Assembly (NCBI GenBank): GCA_964016885.1
Contig: OZ024740.1
Coordinates: forward strand, 233,554,001 to 233,618,000
Reading direction: 5' to 3'
Length of the DNA: 64,000 nucleotides
Source: Eledone cirrhosa
Taxonomy: Eukaryota
The translations under genes and the position numbers were made by a program. Positions 58,981 to 64,000 of this stretch are shown piece by piece; positions within the stretch are counted from its first letter, which is position 1, and each line of letters begins with the position of its first letter. The notes under the pieces were generated by a model that was given only the letters and a program-made list of their open reading frames with translations, made no database searches and was not told the origin of the DNA.

Positions 58981-59357
58981 GTTTCTACTCGAGGCACAAA
59001 GCCAACAATTTTGGAGGAGGGAAATCGACGCCAGTGTGTAACTGGTACTTTATTTTATCGACTCCGTAAGGATGAAAGGCAAAGTCAATCTCGGCGGGAT
59101 TTGAACTCAGATCCTAAAAGGCAGTAACTCTGTGCTGCAAAGCATGGCATCCGACGCTCTACCGACGCCATAATAATAATTGTGTCTACTTTAGGCACAA
59201 GGCCAGCAATTACCCAGTACATTACTGGTACTTTATTTTATCGACCCCGTAAGGATGAAAGGCAAAGTCAATCTCGGCGGGATTTGAACTCAGATCCTAA
59301 AAGGCAGTAACTCTGTGCTGCAAAGCATGGCATCCGACGCTCTACCGATACTGCTAA
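58981..59357 (-). mobile_element. Two tandem SINE family 1 copies with near-identical heads and different tails
   Basis: 58981-59166 and 59173-59357. Confidence 0.88.
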
Positions 59358-60045
59358 CGTAGGTACGAGGCCAAAACGTTCGGGAGAATGGTTAGTTGAC
59401 TAGATCGACGCCAGTACTTCCCTGACATTTATTTAGAACATCCGTGTAAGTTGAACTTAATAATTCTTTCTAACAGTGGCCCAAGGCCAGCAATTTTAAG
59501 GGAAATGAAAGTCCATTATATAACCTTCAGTACTAAAGTTAAACTTCATTTTATAGACCTAGAATGACAGAATGCAAAGTTGACATCAACCGGAATTGAA
59601 CTCAAAATGTAGAAACAATCCAACGTCCTACTTGAAAAATAATTATCATTTATAATTTACACACAAGGTTATTAATTTGGCGGGGGGGGGGGGGGGTCGA
59701 TAATATCGACCACTGTGCTTGACAGTTATTTTTTTTATTTTATCGATCTCAGAAGGATAAAAATTAAAGTTGACCGAGATTTGAATTCAAAATGTAGAAA
59801 CAGTTCATATACCTAATTGTACTTATTAATAATTACTATTGTTCCTCTGCTTCCACGTTATTAGAACCTGCAGTTCATATATGAACCATTATATGATATT
59901 CTTACCATTTTATTTCCAGGAGTCAAGTTATATATCTGTCTGGGAAGTCTATCATGTATCTATAAATATCTATCTATCTATCTATAAATCTATCTATCTA
60001 TCTATCAATATATCTATTTATTTATCTATCTATCTATCTATCTAA

Positions 60046-60156
<111 letters not shown>

Positions 60157-60295
60157 AGGAAGTGTGGTAAGGAACCAGGTGAACCATAACGCACCAGAGT
60201 ACTCAATACTTAGGGTAGTAGAGTGGGTAATATTTAGTCCAGAAATAGCCGTCGAAACAGCTTGAGCTCTGCCGTCGGGGTCTTGAAAATGTTCC

Positions 60296-60327
<32 letters not shown>

Positions 60328-60496
60328 CATGCCTGCCTAACTCCGTCTAAAAGTTTGACTCACTATGTAAATAATAAACATATACATACAAACATACACA
60401 TAATATACATATATATATATATATATATAACGACGGCAAGGAATCAGATGGATCACAATGCACCAGAGTACTCAATACTTAGGGTAGTAGAGTGGG

Positions 60497-60558
<62 letters not shown>

Positions 60559-60562
<4 letters not shown>

Positions 60563-60930
60563 GATAACAAAATATTGTTATAGGTAATCCAATTAGAGGT
60601 TGTGAATACTTATTATGGATAGTTTTAGCGTACTGCGTTGCTTGACTCAACAAGAGGTTTACGAAGATGACGTGTTTATGATTTCACTTGTAAGTTTATC
60701 TTGGAGTAACAAAATTGAAAAAGTGGAGTATAATATGGTCAACAGTACAAAAAAGGGGATTTATTTGCAGTCAAACAATTGTTTCACTGATAGAGTTGTC
60801 TAAAAATTGCTGAACACTAAAAACAGTGCCACTCAATTTTAAATACGATGTTAACTCTACTAGATCATTGGAAACTGTTAAAAAAATATATGTGTAACCG
60901 GCAAATTTACAAATTCAAATTACATCATCA
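60559..60930 (-). mobile_element. Family D island, colinear copy, HHR-like fold 60767-60878
   Basis: ACAGTTT-CCAATGA-T CTAGTAGAGTT...AACTCTATCAG T-GAAAC AATT GTT-TGACTG. Confidence 0.65.
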
Positions 60931-61357
60931 ATAATAATATTAATAATAAAGATATAGAGAGAAAAGGAGGAAGAAAGGGAGATAGATACAGCAAAGAAAG
61001 ACAGGAAAGGAAAGAGAAAGAAGAAGAACGAACAAGAAAAAGAAAAAGAGAAAGAAGAAGAAAAGGAGAAATTATTATAGATAGAAATATAAAGAAAGGA
61101 AGATATATAGAAGATGATGGTATATAGATGAGAGACAAACATGAGTAAGAATAACGTAGGATAGAGAGAAAAGTAGAGGGATAAATATATTTATGTGTGT
61201 ATTGGTTATTTTAATAAATAAATTAATTAATTAGTTTTAAGTTATATTATATGATAAAATAAAATGACAGAGATGAAATAAATTTAAGGAGAGAAATATT
61301 AAGATAAAGAGTGAAAAATAGAGATATATAAAATAAGAATGTAAATATCTTATTTAC

Positions 61358-61389
<32 letters not shown>

Positions 61390-61656
61390 GTGTGTGTGTG
61401 TGTCTCACTATCAGAGTATGGTGACTGGGAAAAGAATACCAATTACTCCAGACTATCTTTGCAATTTCAAAACCGAAACTGCATTTAGGGATGTTGAGGC
61501 CATAGAAATCAAGGACACGAGATAACTCCTATAGCCTTTGGAATAATTTAATGCAAAATTCTGTTAGGGGACCTAAATAATCTCGAGCATAATTTAGGTA
61601 TATATATTTTTGTGTATCTGTGTGTATATTTATGTATGTATGTATGCATGTGTATG

Positions 61657-62439
61657 ACCCCTTAGCCTTTGTCAAGGCAGAATTCTAAGAGAAGGAAAAC
61701 TCTGATATAACACCTGCAACCCTGATGGTATCCAATGATGTTGACTTGTTCTTCTTTTTGGTAAATATCATCTTGGTTAAGAGAGTGGGACTGGCTTGGT
61801 GCAGTGCCTTTACTCACTATAAAAGCTTCACGGCACAGGCATTGCTTTATATCTGGAGATCTCTCTGCACTTGTCGTCACATGGTACCATGGGCCCAGCA
61901 CTATGTGTCAATAATTGTCACAAGTGTAGTGTTTGTACCAGAGTTTTCAAGTCACTGGCTGGACTAAAAATTCACACTCGTTCAGCCCATCGGTAGGGTT
62001 TCTCATACATGGATATAAAGTAGTGGCCGTACTCGAAAACGAGTTGGCAGCCACCATATGTATATATATGTATATGCAAGTATACATATGTATATATATT
62101 TGCGCGGGGACATAGAAATAACCGCGTTGGATACCCGATCTCGCGGTTAAACCACTAAGAGTGAAGGACCCCTAGCCTTTGTCAGGACATTTTTCTAGGA
62201 GAAGGCAACTCAGGAAACTGGGATAACTCCGACATAAAACCTGCGGCTCGGTAGTTACCGATGATGTTGATCTTTTATTCTTTTCGGGTTATAGCTACTG
62301 TCGCTCAGAGAGTGGGATTGGCTCAGTGCACAGTCTTTCCTCACTTTAAGAAATATCTTCTCGCACAGGCATTGCACGATAGATATTAATAATGTTACAT
62401 CGTGTAATGGCCATACTCGATAACGTGGGGGCAGCCAAC

Positions 62440-62472
<33 letters not shown>

Positions 62473-62753
62473 TGTATGTATGTATGTATGTATGTATGTA
62501 TGTATGTATGTTCTTCTGGTTTTATAATTTCACAAAGTTTTACCAATAGAGAGAGAGTCGATTTCTAACATAGACACAAGACTCTCTCATTGGAATTTAC
62601 ACATCATCAACTATGTAGATATGCATGTATGTCTGCATGCATGTGTAGATATGGATGTTATTGTATGTGTGGATGTGTATGTTTTGAGTTGTATGGGTGT
62701 ATGTGTATATGCTTTGTATCTGTATATGTGTATATGCAGTTATTAGATGCAAA

Positions 62754-62770
<17 letters not shown>
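61657..62770 (+). mobile_element. Cluster of family H elements and flank homologous to 18449-19170
   Basis: Near-identical ORF text in opposite orientation to 18539-18844. Confidence 0.7.
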
Positions 62771-62784
<14 letters not shown>

Positions 62785-63229
62785 TGCACTTCATACGCTC
62801 CATTGTAAAATGTTTTCCGAAAAATATCCGTCAAAATCGTTATAGTTTTAATGTAATGAAAATCATATTAAATATACCAATTAATTACTTTATTTAATCC
62901 AAACATTTAATTACATTTTTGACATTCAACAAGCCGTTTAAAAATCTGCATTCTATTGAAACTGATAACAAATCTTTGTTTTAATCTGTTTCACGTTAGA
63001 AACATAGAAATAGCCCTCCAGTATGTATTGGCGTCTGATTAGTGCTATATTTAGACGCTGTTCCGTATAGATTGAGTTATGCTATGGCGGAAAAGTTCCG
63101 TTCATAGCCTTTATATTTTAATATATATTGAGTTATATATGTCTTGCTTAGTGATTTTGTTATATATTGAGTTAAACAGAGTGGCCCAAAAAATTTAAAC
63201 ACAAAGGCTGTGTGCATTATAATATATAT

Positions 63230-63412
63230 GGCGGTGGATTGGCAGTATCGGCAGAGGGTCGGACGCCATGCTTTAACGCATAGAGTTACCACCCTTGCCA
63301 TTCTGAGTTCAAGGTTAACTTTGCCTTTCATCCTTACGGGGGTCGATAAAATAAAGTACCAGTAATGCACTGGGGTAATTGCTGGCCTTGTGCCTAAAAG
63401 TAGAAACAATTA
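63230..63412 (+). mobile_element. tRNA-derived SINE family 1
   Basis: Near-full-length match with a small internal deletion. Confidence 0.85.
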
Positions 63413-64000
63413 TAATATATATTGCCTGTACAGGTAGACAAAGAGTGTATACATTTGGCGGATGGGGCGGGGGGGGGGGCACTGTATATGCGTTGCTTGG
63501 TGATTAGGATGTTCAGCAAAATATCATGAGATCGTGAATTCTATTTTCTGCCGACTGGGCGTGTTCTTGAGCAAGTAACTTATATCCTGTTGTTGCAGTC
63601 TAGTTAGCTGGGGGGGGGGGGGGGGGGGGATGACTTGCACCTGTAATTCCAAAGGCTGGGCGCATGATGCAGAATCTAAGCATCTCTTGCGCGTTGATTA
63701 CATTAACAGGCTATCCCGTTGATCAATCAACTGCAACACTCGTCGTCAAAACCAACGGCAATTCAACAAGTTGTATGTATGTATGTATGTATGTATGTGT
63801 GTATGTATGTATGTGTGTGTGTGTGTGTGTGTGTGTATGTATGCGTGTATGTATGTATGTATGTGTGTGTGTGTATGTATGTACGTATGTATGTGTGTGT
63901 ATGTATGTATGTATATGTGTGTGTGTATGTACGTATATATGTGTGTGTATGTATGTATGTATGTATATGTGTGTGTATGTGTGTATGTATGTATGTATGT

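Overview
AT-rich animal non-coding DNA saturated with (TA)n/(CA)n/(TC)n microsatellites; the repeat complement suggests an octopus or other coleoid cephalopod (inference). No intact host gene is visible and almost all listed ORFs are microsatellite artefacts. Recognisable content: about 20 copies of a tRNA-derived SINE plus older SINEs, two RTE-clade LINE fragments (one with a twin-priming-type 5' inversion), a decayed hAT transposase, pogo/Tigger-type MITEs, a probable non-autonomous Helitron, an orphan decayed eIF5 exon, and the 3' end of a Penelope-like element (GIY-YIG C-terminus plus hammerhead). The main signal is a dense set of short, mutually unrelated sequence islands inside (TA)n tracts. 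Many carry type I hammerhead ribozyme (HHR) folds, with about 10 distinct families in 64 kb, several with unusual cores. Many are also folded back into long palindromes at copy-specific points, and several share an ACTC...TTGAGT 3' motif. One such foldback island has a tRNA head instead of an HHR. All folds and alignments were read by eye and need computational confirmation; coordinates of decayed elements are approximate.
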